Numbered from the stretch's first letter, positions 9,165 to 19,440 are shown. The stretch: 64,000 nucleotides of DNA from Candidatus Nomurabacteria bacterium (GCA_028286645.1 JAQBRF010000004.1:205192-269191), one strand, 5' to 3'. A program made the numbers and translations. Notes: generated by a model from the letters alone, not told the origin.

Positions 9165-9688
9165 TTACTATAATCTTTGAGGCTCATGGAACAACTTACG
9201 ATAACGAGCAGCATTTATCTTCTGGGTGGAATGATGTTGAGCTTTCAGAACGAGGAATAGAACAATCAAAAGAACTGGGCGAGCGTTATAAAGATGATCA
9301 ATTTGATGCTATTTTTACATCAGATTTAAAACGCGCATACGATACTGCAGAAATAGCTTTTGAAGACAGGTTCAAAATAATTACAGATGAAAGACTTAGA
9401 GAATGTAATTATGGAGACTTTACCCAACAGCCTAGTGAGATTGTGGATGTGGAAAAACCAAGAAGGATTTATGACAGATTTCCAAATGGGGAAAGCTATG
9501 AAGAAACAACTATTCGCATGAAAGAATTTTTAGAAGAGCTTCGTGAAAATTATAGTGGAAAGAAAATAATGATAATTGGCCATAGAGCTACCCAATATGG
9601 ATTAGATTATTTGATAAAAGGAATCTCGCTGGAAGAGCTTGCTTCCACTCCATTTAAATGGCAGCCGGGGTGGGAATATAATTTTTAA
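9161..9688 (+). CDS. Histidine phosphatase family protein
   Basis: AHG motif, SDLKRA, LRECNYG, GESY. Confidence 0.85.
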   Translation: MITIIFEAHGTTYDNEQHLSSGWNDVELSERGIEQSKELGERYKDDQFDAIFTSDLKRAYDTAEIAFEDRFKIITDERLRECNYGDFTQQPSEIVDVEKPRRIYDRFPNGESYEETTIRMKEFLEELRENYSGKKIMIIGHRATQYGLDYLIKGISLEELASTPFKWQPGWEYNF

Positions 9689-9718
9689 TCTTTAAAAGAT
9701 TGATTCACTTTTTAATAT

Positions 9719-10120
9719 ATGAAAATCATTCATAAAATCGCAGCTGTTGTTATACAAGATAATAAGTTTCTTATGGTTAGAAAGAAAGGTAAGGACATAT
9801 GGACGAGTCTAGGCGGTCATCCTGAGGAAGGAGAAACAGAAGAACAAGCTCTTATCCGAGAAACAAATGAAGAGATGGGATGTTCGGCTAAAGTGATTAA
9901 AAAAATAGGAGACTTTGAAGCTCCCGCAGTTTTTGATGATGCGATGGTGAGGCTATCTACTTACCTAGTAGAGTTAGAGGGAGATATAATTTTTGAAGAT
10001 CCAGAATTAGAAGAATATAAGTTTTTAAGCAAAGAAGAAGTAAATAATGTGAAGTTGCCAGATTCAATAACCAAGCAAATTATTCCCTACTGCATAAAAA
10101 ATGGTTTGCTAATGTGGTAA
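9719..10120 (+). CDS. NUDIX hydrolase
   Basis: Nudix box GGHPEEGETEEQALIRETNEEMG. Confidence 0.9.
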   Translation: MKIIHKIAAVVIQDNKFLMVRKKGKDIWTSLGGHPEEGETEEQALIRETNEEMGCSAKVIKKIGDFEAPAVFDDAMVRLSTYLVELEGDIIFEDPELEEYKFLSKEEVNNVKLPDSITKQIIPYCIKNGLLMW

Positions 10121-10185
10121 TGTTATTCCTTAAATTGAGATATTTAGATAAAAAATGCGACGCTTTCGCGCCGCAACTCCATCAT

Positions 10186-11022
10186 TTACTTTCTTGCAGT
10201 GAGATATCCGAGCTCTGGATTATTTATGTAATCTTTCCAGAATTCTTCTCCGAAAAGGCTTAGGCCCTCTTCGGAAACGATTGGCCGGTGCCATTGTACC
10301 TCCGGGAACCCTACCTCCCTCAGCTGTTTTTCGATTGTGTCTGCTGTATAGTAAACAGCAGACAATGTGCAGATTTCCTCCTCTTCGTTGTACAGAGTAA
10401 TGCGTAAAACACCCTCATCCACCGACCCGCCCGGCACATACTTCATTGCCCCGAACCTTTTGAGATTCGTGTCGTTAGGAAGGTCGACAAGCAGTATAAC
10501 TTTTCCACCCTCCGACAAGCTGGTATATAGTTGGCGGAAAAGCTGGCGAAGTATGGGAGTGGTACGCGCGTAATTTGTCACAAACGGAATGACGATGACA
10601 TCTGCCGACGGAAGATTGTCGACAAAGACATCCTTCAATATGTACTCAATCCGTGGGTGGCGTGAGACTTTGGCAGCAAGCGCAAGCTGAGCTTGTGAGT
10701 TGTCGATTCCGTACACACGTCTTGCATTAAGTCCGGCAAGTGGAACCGTAAAGAACCCATCCCCACACCCGACATCAAGGACAACTCGATCTTCGCAATC
10801 GCCGACTAGCTTGAGCACGGTCGGCAACATAGAGTATTGCTTGTCAGGTTTGATATTTGACTTCTTGTAGGTCACTGCTAGCAAGTCGTAGTTGTTCAAT
10901 CCACGACTTGCACCGAAGAAGAAGCCATCAAGCCATGCTACGAATCCACCATTTTTCGCAAGCGCCCACCTCCAGAACAGATAGGCGATGGCATTCCGAC
11001 GTCCTGGGATACAAATAATCAC
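10186..11022 (-). CDS. GC-rich class I SAM methyltransferase (solo unit)
   Basis: VLDVGCGDG; terminator at ~10150-10177; start uncertain. Confidence 0.8.
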   Translation of the reverse strand: MIICIPGRRNAIAYLFWRWALAKNGGFVAWLDGFFFGASRGLNNYDLLAVTYKKSNIKPDKQYSMLPTVLKLVGDCEDRVVLDVGCGDGFFTVPLAGLNARRVYGIDNSQAQLALAAKVSRHPRIEYILKDVFVDNLPSADVIVIPFVTNYARTTPILRQLFRQLYTSLSEGGKVILLVDLPNDTNLKRFGAMKYVPGGSVDEGVLRITLYNEEEEICTLSAVYYTADTIEKQLREVGFPEVQWHRPIVSEEGLSLFGEEFWKDYINNPELGYLTARK

Positions 11023-11116
11023 GGGAGCCCCCTGTCGTTATGTTGTGGTCTAATCCTAAACTACCATAGAATTTATTATCGTCCAGGATAACCAATAAAC
11101 TTGATATACTTAGTGC

Positions 11117-11656
11117 ATGAAAAATGCAATCATCTTACATGGAACCGGTACCCTCAATTCTGATTTTTGGTTTCCGTATATAAAGGAAAACTTGAAAGTA
11201 AAAGGATACGAAGTGTGGCTCCCTCAACTTCCAAATGCAGATGTGCCTAACTTAGAAGAGTGGCTGCCGTTTGTATTAAGACAAGGAAAGTTTTTAGAGG
11301 AAACAGTTATAATTGGGCATTCTGCGGGATCGCAATTAATTTTAAATATTTTAGAAAAAATTGACGTAAAGATTAAGAAAGCAATTTTGGTTTCGGGGTA
11401 TGCAGAATCATTGCGTGAAAGTGAGATATCAGAAAATAAGCCTGAACTTGATTGGGAGGGAATAAAAGAACACGCAGAAGAGTTCATATTTATAAATTCA
11501 GACAATGATCCTTGGGGCTGTAATGACAAGCAAGGGAAGATTATGCAAGATAAGTTAGGTGGAAAATTAATAATTCTTAAAGGTGAGGGCCACATGGGAT
11601 CCGCAACTTATAATCAGCCGTATAAAGAATTTCCTTTGATTGCAGAATTAATATAA
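11117..11656 (+). CDS. RBBP9/YdeN-family alpha/beta hydrolase
   Basis: ILHG, GHSAG nucleophile elbow, SDNDPW, GH. Confidence 0.9.
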   Translation: MKNAIILHGTGTLNSDFWFPYIKENLKVKGYEVWLPQLPNADVPNLEEWLPFVLRQGKFLEETVIIGHSAGSQLILNILEKIDVKIKKAILVSGYAESLRESEISENKPELDWEGIKEHAEEFIFINSDNDPWGCNDKQGKIMQDKLGGKLIILKGEGHMGSATYNQPYKEFPLIAELI

Positions 11657-11681
11657 AAAACGCGCCCCATATTTTGGGCGC

Positions 11682-12035
11682 TTAAAATGGAACATCGATG
11701 TCTTCGTAGTCGTTAAGGTCTCCTGAATCGTCCTCTACCACAGTCTTGAGCTCTGTTCGGGGTTCAATACCAACCGACCCATCCAAGTATCGGACAAGTA
11801 CTTGGGTGGTGACGAGCTTGTAGCTTGTCGCAAGAAAGCTTTCTTCTTCCTGGACGTCTGCCATCTCTTCGTAAGGACAAACAGGTTGCGCGTGCCTGCG
11901 AAGGACATCTAGCTTTCCCGTGTTAAACCTGTTTACCTGTCGTGCGTAAACTGTTCCTTGCATAATCTGTGTTCCACACAGGTCGCAGTAATACGGCTTT
12001 CTTGCCTTTTTTATATATCCCCAAACAAAATCCAT
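11682..12035 (-). CDS. GC-rich hypothetical protein with phage-like Zn finger (solo unit)
   Basis: ARKPYYCDLC...H...C; SD GGAG; terminator at 11656-11681. Confidence 0.7.
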   Translation of the reverse strand: MDFVWGYIKKARKPYYCDLCGTQIMQGTVYARQVNRFNTGKLDVLRRHAQPVCPYEEMADVQEEESFLATSYKLVTTQVLVRYLDGSVGIEPRTELKTVVEDDSGDLNDYEDIDVPF

Positions 12036-12151
12036 GGGCCATCTCCAAGAACTTAATCATTTAATCTTAGCTTATTAAACAAATAAATAAAAGATGGACT
12101 GCTCATGTATAGGCTAATATTTCATACAATTACTCTGTTATACTCAGCTTA

Positions 12152-12877
12152 ATGAAAACACCTGAATTTGGTCAACAAACACAAATTGAGACACCTGTTG
12201 TACCTGAATTAAGTCATTTAAAGAATCCCGCAGATGCCATTATGCTTTGTATAGATTCACCGGATGATATTACCGAAGAGACTATTAATAAGGTGAAAAT
12301 GATAACTAGGAATGGGGAAAATATTGATTTCTTTAAAAAGACAGCTGCCATCGTTTCCGAAGTGAACGATCAGGATAAATATTCACGAGAATATAGAAAT
12401 TGTACTGGGACTATTGTTGTGGGAAGATCAAGCGCTGATCCCACAAAAAACATTTCTCTCCTTTCACATCAAATGCCTTATGAGCTTTATGTAAGAGATA
12501 GTTTTATTGCAGAACTTAAGAAAAAAATAGAAAAGCTTAAAATGGATTCTACTCTCGGGACTATTGATGCCATAATAATCGGAGGGAATGAACTTAATGA
12601 TGAATTTAGGGAGTATACAGATTCGATTATAGACTTAAATAAAATTATTAAAGATTCTTTGGGATTTGATGCTATCGTGGCCATAGGGCCGAATATCTCA
12701 CCACGTGGTGATAGGACAGGAGTAAATACAAATATATATTTTGATAATTCTAATCGTAGGCTTTATGTTATTAGAGCGGAACAGCCAGAAAATATCACCA
12801 ATAAAAGCTTTGCACCAGAGGATATAGAAAAAGAAAAAGAGGAGTGGACAAAAAGCCTAGAAAAGTCTAAAAAATAA
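12152..12877 (+). CDS. Hypothetical protein, possible CheD/CNF1-like Cys-His deamidase fold
   Basis: YRNCTGTIVVG...LLSH and AIIIGG pattern. Confidence 0.55.
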   Translation: MKTPEFGQQTQIETPVVPELSHLKNPADAIMLCIDSPDDITEETINKVKMITRNGENIDFFKKTAAIVSEVNDQDKYSREYRNCTGTIVVGRSSADPTKNISLLSHQMPYELYVRDSFIAELKKKIEKLKMDSTLGTIDAIIIGGNELNDEFREYTDSIIDLNKIIKDSLGFDAIVAIGPNISPRGDRTGVNTNIYFDNSNRRLYVIRAEQPENITNKSFAPEDIEKEKEEWTKSLEKSKK

Positions 12878-12900
12878 TAAAATAAATTTTCTTATTAAGA

Positions 12901-13362
12901 TTATAAAATCTTCTCTAAACTAATATCAATTTCATTAAATCCATTTTTCTTATAAAACTTTAAAGCTTTTTCATTTGCAATATACGTATTAACAAATACT
13001 TTTTGATATCCATTTTGCTTTCCCCATATAAAACATTCTTCCATGAGTTGTTTACCTATTCCTTTGGATCTATATTCTGGGATAACTCCCATATTTTCTA
13101 TTTCTAAATACTTACTCTTTCTATAATCTATAAGCTTTTCTATAGCAGTCAGGTAGCCAATTGCCTTACCACCATCTTCAGCTATAACCTTAAAAACATC
13201 TTGGTTAACTAATATATCGGAAAAATACTTCCGTCCCTTTTCTCCTTTTGACCAATTCAAATTTAAATCTGAATCATATTTTGCATTGTCTACAAAGACT
13301 TCATCATTTAATGTCTGCAAAATAGATAGATCCTCGAGTGTAGCTAGTCGTATATTTATCAT
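12901..13362 (-). CDS. GNAT acetyltransferase
   Basis: VIPEYRSKGIGKQL; NEKALKFYKKNGF. Confidence 0.9.
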   Translation of the reverse strand: MINIRLATLEDLSILQTLNDEVFVDNAKYDSDLNLNWSKGEKGRKYFSDILVNQDVFKVIAEDGGKAIGYLTAIEKLIDYRKSKYLEIENMGVIPEYRSKGIGKQLMEECFIWGKQNGYQKVFVNTYIANEKALKFYKKNGFNEIDISLEKIL

Positions 13363-13401
13363 AATGAAAGTATAGCAATTTAATTGGTATACTTCCTTTA
13401 T

Positions 13402-14127
13402 ATGGACAAACAGGAGTTACTAAGTAGAATAGTTAAACTAAAGCAATTTTTCGATGAGGGTAAAATCCCTACTATATCTAATCATGAAATACATCCAAAT
13501 TATCCAAAAGAGAGTCGAGAAAGATATTTATACTTCACCCTTCCGCCATGTTTAAACTTTCAGAGAAGCTCCCCTGCTATGTGGCAAGCCGCATATTCTA
13601 CATGGAATGACCCAGAAACTAATTATTTATTTTATCCAGAAAAAGTTGTAATAACTCCTTACGAAAAAATTCAGAAAGATTTAGTGAAACACAAACTTTC
13701 TTTACAAAGAAATAAACACACTCAAATATGGATATCAATATGCAAGTCATTACATGAACGGTTTGATAGCGATCCTAGAAAGTTAATTGCCCTTCATAAT
13801 TCATCAGTACTAAAGGTGATTGAATATCTTAGGGAGAATAAATCAAGTTTTCCTTATTTAAATGGCCCTAAGATGTCTAATTACTGGCTTTATATTTTAG
13901 ACCATTATACTGACATTAAAATAAAAGATAAGCATCTGCTCTCCATTATTCCAGACACTCATGTAGCGCAATGCTCTATACATTTAAAATTAACCCAACT
14001 GAATGCAACTCCAGAAGTGATAGCGAAGGCGTGGTTTGATTTATTAGAGGGACATGTGATTACTCCAGTAGAAATGCATCCAGTGCTTTGGAATTGGAGT
14101 AGAAACAACTTTTTACCGGAGGTTTAA
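13402..14127 (+). CDS. Hypothetical protein, HhH-GPD DNA-glycosylase-like
   Basis: FPYLNGPKMSNYW and IIPDTHV; leaderless ATG at 13402. Confidence 0.6.
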   Translation: MDKQELLSRIVKLKQFFDEGKIPTISNHEIHPNYPKESRERYLYFTLPPCLNFQRSSPAMWQAAYSTWNDPETNYLFYPEKVVITPYEKIQKDLVKHKLSLQRNKHTQIWISICKSLHERFDSDPRKLIALHNSSVLKVIEYLRENKSSFPYLNGPKMSNYWLYILDHYTDIKIKDKHLLSIIPDTHVAQCSIHLKLTQLNATPEVIAKAWFDLLEGHVITPVEMHPVLWNWSRNNFLPEV

Positions 14128-14172
14128 TTCTTTAATAATAAAAAGACTGCATCACCTCGGGAGATGATGCAG

Positions 14173-14544
14173 CTATCGTGCGATTGCTACAGGACTACTC
14201 TCTGCAGTATTTCTCGATTCCGAGAATCCTTTTTTCCTCTGCAGTGAGCAGGAGTGGGGTAGTGAAGTCCAGTTCTCGCTCGAGGTAGACGCCGAAGATA
14301 GGAGGACCGCCTCTCCGTTAAAAAGTACGGTAAAGAGAAGTTTTTTGGAGTATTTTCCCGGTTCGATGTTAAGCACCGTTCCTACTTCTCCCGAGTGTCC
14401 ATCCCAGAGCTTGTAGAACCTCTTAGGCAGCCATCGAGGAACCCGCACTTTCGCTTCTTTTAGATATTGCGGGTGCTCCCGAGATGCCTTTAATTCTTTC
14501 AAGGCTTCCCTTACCTGCGTAGAGGTAATTTCTGTTTTAGTCAT
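14173..14544 (-). CDS. GC-richer hypothetical protein (solo unit)
   Basis: SD GGAAGG; terminator CTGCATCA/TGATGCAG at ~14141-14172. Confidence 0.65.
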   Translation of the reverse strand: MTKTEITSTQVREALKELKASREHPQYLKEAKVRVPRWLPKRFYKLWDGHSGEVGTVLNIEPGKYSKKLLFTVLFNGEAVLLSSASTSSENWTSLPHSCSLQRKKGFSESRNTAESSPVAIAR

Positions 14545-14687
14545 AAGAACCTTCCAGCTGTTATGGTATGTAGAAATACTATTATATTTATTAAGATTTG
14601 TCGATATAAAAAACCGCTGGGCGAACCATGCGGCGTAGTGTTGCTCGCGATTACTCTTTCCTTTATATCACTTGCTATACTTCCCTT

Positions 14688-15338
14688 ATGCAAGTCACTT
14701 CCCTTCATAAACATTATGATCTTCTTCAAAGTATCCATGGCGATAAAAATCTAGTATCTGTATATGGGGCAGGTAAAATCAATAAACCAAAAGTCTGTTT
14801 TATTTTTATGAATCCGACTTCGAGAAATATATCTACTTCGCCAGATTGGAAAGGTTTAAGAGCTCCATGGCTTGGTACTAAAAGTACATGGAAACTCTTT
14901 GCTCAAATCGGCATATTAAGCGAGAAGTTGAATATAGAAATACAAAATAAGAAGCCCGGTGACTGGGATGAAGAATTTTGCCAAAAAGTATACAAGGAAG
15001 TCAAAAAAAATAATTACTTTATTTCCAACTTGGCTAAATGCACTTTTCATGATTCAACGAATCCTTCAAATAAAGTTTTTAAAGAATATAGAGAGCTAAT
15101 GCTTCAAGAAATAGAGATACTTAAACCAAAGATAATCATTTCATTTGGTAATCAGGTAAGTTCTATTTTACTAGAGAAGGCCATAAACATTGGCGAAACT
15201 CGTAAAAAATCACTTGATTTAATAGTAAACAAAAAGACTTATAAAGTCTTCCCGGTGTTTTATCCAGTAGGGCAAGGAATGAGAAATATTGGTAAATCTA
15301 TTGAAGATATTAAATTTATAATAAAACTGATAGAATAA
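14688..15338 (+). CDS. Uracil-DNA glycosylase superfamily protein
   Basis: FMNP, SNLAKC, EIEILKPKIIISFG motifs; TATACT 6 nt before ATG 14688. Confidence 0.75.
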   Translation: MQVTSLHKHYDLLQSIHGDKNLVSVYGAGKINKPKVCFIFMNPTSRNISTSPDWKGLRAPWLGTKSTWKLFAQIGILSEKLNIEIQNKKPGDWDEEFCQKVYKEVKKNNYFISNLAKCTFHDSTNPSNKVFKEYRELMLQEIEILKPKIIISFGNQVSSILLEKAINIGETRKKSLDLIVNKKTYKVFPVFYPVGQGMRNIGKSIEDIKFIIKLIE

Positions 15339-15347
15339 CTAAATTAT

Positions 15348-15881
15348 ATGAGAACACATCGCCCCTATGAAATACGCGAGTATGATCCTAAGTGGAAGGA
15401 CTTATTTTTTGAATATGCTGAAGCGATAAGACCAATATTCGGTAATAACCTTATAGCAATAGAGCACATGGGGAGTACCTCAATAGAGGGAATGGTCGGA
15501 AAACCACAAATAGATATTTTAGTTATTGTTAAAGATTTATCAAAAGTAAAAGAGCAATACGAAGAGTTTAGGTTAGCGGGCTTTACTCCACAAGGAACTG
15601 AATATGTAGGAATTGGAGACGAATATTTTACAAAGGATGATTTAAATGGCATGCGTCTTGCCGGTGTGCATACATTTCAAGAAGGTCATCCAGAAATAGC
15701 CGAGACTCTTTTATTTAGAGATTATTTAAGATCTAATAAAGAAGATAGAGATTTATATATTGATACAAAGAGAAATCTATATGCAGAACATAAAGATAAT
15801 TACAACGGTTACGATAGCGGCAAAAAGAATATTATTAATGAAATAAAATTTCGGGCAAAAGAATGGTTAAAGAATATATAG
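15348..15881 (+). CDS. GrpB family nucleotidyltransferase
   Basis: IEHMGSTSI; KPQIDI; LFRDYLR. Confidence 0.9.
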   Translation: MRTHRPYEIREYDPKWKDLFFEYAEAIRPIFGNNLIAIEHMGSTSIEGMVGKPQIDILVIVKDLSKVKEQYEEFRLAGFTPQGTEYVGIGDEYFTKDDLNGMRLAGVHTFQEGHPEIAETLLFRDYLRSNKEDRDLYIDTKRNLYAEHKDNYNGYDSGKKNIINEIKFRAKEWLKNI

Positions 15882-15892
15882 AGTAAGGGTTA

Positions 15893-16267
15893 TTAAAATG
15901 CCCCTAATTCATTCTTTGAATTGGTAGGTATTTGCTGGCCAACATCCCACATTTCTGTAATCTTACCATCTTCAAACTTCATTATATGCACTACAATCAG
16001 TCCCTCTTCCTCTTTATTGAATCTTAAATGAGAATGTGCTATCACTATGTCTCTTTCTTCTATCAAATGCTTTATTTCAAAAAGTTTATCAGGGTGTAGG
16101 CTCTGATTTTCCAGCATCCCCTTTTTTAAAGAGTCAGGATCACTTGAGAAATACATGTTGTGATGTTTAAAATTATCACTTATATATTTAGCAAACGCCT
16201 CTTCTATGTTCCCCTTTGTAACGAGTTTTAAAAATGACGACGCCAGATCTTTATTTGACTTATTCAT
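15893..16267 (-). CDS. SnoaL/NTF2-like protein
   Basis: FKHHN; FEDGKITEMWDV. Confidence 0.85.
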   Translation of the reverse strand: MNKSNKDLASSFLKLVTKGNIEEAFAKYISDNFKHHNMYFSSDPDSLKKGMLENQSLHPDKLFEIKHLIEERDIVIAHSHLRFNKEEEGLIVVHIMKFEDGKITEMWDVGQQIPTNSKNELGAF

Positions 16268-16325
16268 ATTATGATTATAACAAAAGACTTACTCTGCCGC
16301 ACTTTGTTAAGTTATACTAAAACCA

Positions 16326-17009
16326 ATGAAAAGATATTTAGAAATACTTGTTGCTCCTCTATGTGTCTTGCTTCTTTTTATTATCGTTGGACTTATTTGG
16401 AATGGTTTAAATCTTCCCCCTCAACAAGAGCTAATGATAACTATAAAAGATTATTTCAATTCATATGGTATTTGGCTGGTATTCCTCGCATCAATCTTAG
16501 AAGCGGCATTTGTCGTGGGGGCATATATGCCCGGCAGCTTAGTTATATTCTTAGGAGTCATATTATCTATAGGAAATCCCATAAAAGCTATTTTGGTTGT
16601 ACTGAGTGTAATCGTTGGATTCTTAATAGGATTTTCAATTGATTTTATATTGGGGCGATATGGTTGGTATAAATTACTTGCTCACTTTGGATTTAAAAAA
16701 GCCATTGAAAGCACTAAAATAAGAATTCAAAAATATGGATATAGCATTCCTTGGATTGGATATCATAATCCAGATTTAGGATCATTAGTTGCAACCTCAT
16801 ATGGAATACTAAATTATAATTATAAAAAATTTTTATTAATTACTGTGCCTCCTGTAATGGCCTGGTGTGCATTTTGGGGATTTATAACATATATCTTTGG
16901 AAATAGCATATTTAATATTCTAGGATATAAAACATTGATTATAGTGCTTGTAGTTTGGGTGGCTGTTAGAATTGTGGAAGTGAGATTTGTAAATAAGGGT
17001 AATTTTTAA
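16326..17009 (+). CDS. DedA family membrane protein
   Basis: ILEAAFVVGAYMPGS; LGRYG. Confidence 0.8.
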   Translation: MKRYLEILVAPLCVLLLFIIVGLIWNGLNLPPQQELMITIKDYFNSYGIWLVFLASILEAAFVVGAYMPGSLVIFLGVILSIGNPIKAILVVLSVIVGFLIGFSIDFILGRYGWYKLLAHFGFKKAIESTKIRIQKYGYSIPWIGYHNPDLGSLVATSYGILNYNYKKFLLITVPPVMAWCAFWGFITYIFGNSIFNILGYKTLIIVLVVWVAVRIVEVRFVNKGNF

Positions 17010-17023
17010 TATATACTTATATT

Positions 17024-17446
17024 ATGACATTTAAGGAATTTCTTGAAGATATTTATATAGATGTGCTCGTGTCTATTTTATTTATTGTTTATGTATTAAT
17101 GAATCCAATAAATACCGGGCAATATAGATTTGGAGTTTACTTAGCACTTGTGTCCTTCGTTCTGTGGCTTATATCAAGATTTCAATTGGGAAAATCATTT
17201 ACGATGAAAGCTGAGGCTAGAGAATTGATCACGCATGGAATTTACTCTAAAGTAAGGCATCCAATGTATTTATTTTCATCACTTATGATATTAGGGATAC
17301 TGCTCTGCTTAAATTACATCATAGGATATGTATTATTTATAATTCTCATCTATGTGCAAATAAGCAGAATGAAGAAAGAAGAAAAAACATTAGAAAGAAA
17401 GTTCGGCAACAAATATATTGAATATAAAAGCAAAAGCTGGTTTTAG
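17024..17446 (+). CDS. Isoprenylcysteine carboxyl methyltransferase / PEMT family
   Basis: LITHGIYSKVRHPMY; EEKTLERKFG. Confidence 0.9.
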   Translation: MTFKEFLEDIYIDVLVSILFIVYVLMNPINTGQYRFGVYLALVSFVLWLISRFQLGKSFTMKAEARELITHGIYSKVRHPMYLFSSLMILGILLCLNYIIGYVLFIILIYVQISRMKKEEKTLERKFGNKYIEYKSKSWF

Positions 17447-17505
17447 TAGTTTAAAAATAGAAATTTTGGTAGTGTTAATATAAACCAATAAAGTGGAATC
17501 TGAAC

Positions 17506-17738
17506 ATGAGCAAAAAAAGCATAGTAAGCGTTTGTGATGACGTGATGTACGACGAACTTGAAGGAGCGTGTGCGTTATACGATCCGAGAAAATCAGGGCT
17601 AGTGATCCAAGACGGAGAACTCCTTGTAGCTTAACCTATTCGGTTGTAATCAAAGATACAGCGGATATTCAGTGGGGGGTCACCGCGCTAAACGCCTTGG
17701 ACGAACTCATCCTTTTCTCATATGGAAATTTACACTGA
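17506..17738 (+). pseudogene. Frameshifted GC-richer small gene
   Basis: MSKKSIV...GELLVA* stops at 17634; a shifted frame continues LTYSVV...GNLH* to 17738; terminator at 17740-17770. Confidence 0.5.
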
Positions 17739-17788
17739 CAATACCCTACCACCGAGGTTAGGGTATTTTTATTTGATATACTAATGAA

Positions 17789-18253
17789 ATGTTTAATTTA
17801 TTTAGAGAAATCCGTGAGTTAAGAGATGAGGGAAAATTGCATACTAAATTGATAAGCAGAACCAGGATGCTTTTTATAATTTCAGCAATATTATTATTTG
17901 TTGTCTTATTTAATATTTTCTTTAGAGATATTACCTTTCCTATTCTTTTATTGATTATGGGCCTCGCTATCATAGGCTTTTTCTTGGGATTATATGTATT
18001 TAGCCAAATGAATGTAGTTAATTGGAATGAAGAGGAGGAAATTTTAAAGTCTGGGAAAATGGATAAAGCGGGATGGTTTGCACTTGCGCTATACATAGTA
18101 TTCGAAATAAGTCTAAGAACTTTTTTAAATGCAAATTTCCCTACTTTTGTCATTCCACTGCTTTTATCAGGTATTTTCGGTACCATTTTAGGGCGAGCAA
18201 TTGGAACACTTGTAGAAATTCACAGAGTGTATGAATTTAATTATACAAAGTAA
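17789..18253 (+). CDS. Membrane protein
   Basis: Four TM segments; leaderless start. Confidence 0.75.
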   Translation: MFNLFREIRELRDEGKLHTKLISRTRMLFIISAILLFVVLFNIFFRDITFPILLLIMGLAIIGFFLGLYVFSQMNVVNWNEEEEILKSGKMDKAGWFALALYIVFEISLRTFLNANFPTFVIPLLLSGIFGTILGRAIGTLVEIHRVYEFNYTK

Positions 18254-18375
18254 GTATTATTACAGTCATTTCTTTATAATGTAGTTTGATATTTGAACAG
18301 TCGTCTGTTTCGATATCGCATTTGATATCGTGCAGATTTTCTACAATGAGTTTTAGAAAAGAAGAGGCAAACTTT

Positions 18376-18909
18376 ATGAATGTAGTTACAAACAGGCCGA
18401 AATTCCTTACGAAAGCGATAGCTCGCGAAGCCGTCGTGCGCGTTCTCGGTAGCTTGACAGCATTCCCTGAGATCGACCCCATGAGACTTCATGTCGTCAT
18501 TATGGTGCCGCAGATGCTCGTACCAAGCGGAGTCCGCTGGCGTGGTGATCAGCCCGCTCCGTACAGCATTCATCCGTACGTGCTCTACGAACACTCCGAA
18601 GGCAAAGGAGGGTGGGATGTGCATCTCGATGAAATTGCCAAAGAAAAGGCCCTGGCCCTCTGGATCGGCTTCGCTGACGGAAGCCTCTCTCCCGTCCCAC
18701 ACCTCCTCATGGAGGGAGCCACCAAGTGGGTCGGCGGAGTGAAGCGGGATTGGCTTGTTGTTGCCTGCTCGGGATCCAAGTCGCATGCGGACCGCCTGAT
18801 TTCTGAAACAATCGCTTCGGTCCTCATATTCCTCACGCAGCATGACTGGGAAGAAAGCGAAGAGAAGAAAAACCGGGAGATCGACTTCATCGGCGAAAAA
18901 CTGTCGTAA
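18376..18909 (+). CDS. GC-rich hypothetical protein, GlcG-like C-terminus (solo unit)
   Basis: GGV...VVACSG...AD pattern; SD GAGG; terminator CCCCGC/GCGGGG at ~18924-18950. Confidence 0.7.
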   Translation: MNVVTNRPKFLTKAIAREAVVRVLGSLTAFPEIDPMRLHVVIMVPQMLVPSGVRWRGDQPAPYSIHPYVLYEHSEGKGGWDVHLDEIAKEKALALWIGFADGSLSPVPHLLMEGATKWVGGVKRDWLVVACSGSKSHADRLISETIASVLIFLTQHDWEESEEKKNREIDFIGEKLS

Positions 18910-18960
18910 TAAGCCCATCAACAACCCCGCCAAAGAAGCGGGGAGTTTTTATTTCAAAAA

Positions 18961-19440
18961 TTATATTTTACTGAGTTCATCTAATATTGCTTTATTATCT
19001 GCTTTTAGCCGGCGCACTCCAGGAGATTGAGTATTCTCTGCCATATTTATGGCGTCATGATAGGCGTCCGTGGCTTGCTCTAGAAAATTAGCAGCAAACA
19101 AAATCTTGGCTTGCTCTACAAGGAAAACGAAAGTGCTCGTTTCAATGGCTTCCGTAGTGTTTTCCACTTGCATGTGCTCTTCTTCTCTTAAAATGATGTA
19201 ATCAACATAAGGTTGTACGTCTTCTTTATGGGTAAGCAATTTAAGTACCACTTCCTGTTGTCTTCTGGTTAAAAGCCCTTCAATAGTTTCTATAGCTTTG
19301 TGGCCAATGGGAGTGGTGGGAAGGATGGGAGAAATAGCCATTGCTCCTAAAGTTCCTAAAAAATTTCTTCTTCCCTGATTTACTTTCTCAACAGGTGGAA
19401 CTTCTGGGCCATTTTGTTTCTCAGGGTTTCTTTGTTCCAT
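18961..19440 (-). CDS. Hypothetical protein with twin-arginine-like motif
   Basis: GRRNFLGTLGAMA; leaderless start. Confidence 0.65.
   Translation of the reverse strand: MEQRNPEKQNGPEVPPVEKVNQGRRNFLGTLGAMAISPILPTTPIGHKAIETIEGLLTRRQQEVVLKLLTHKEDVQPYVDYIILREEEHMQVENTTEAIETSTFVFLVEQAKILFAANFLEQATDAYHDAINMAENTQSPGVRRLKADNKAILDELSKI

Noticed and set aside
18274-18933. Long antisense/overlapping ORFs in GC-rich units (also 3145-3462, 3784-4191, 31841-32167, 62116-62319)
   Set aside because: Shadow frames; promoter, SD and terminator support the other frame or strand
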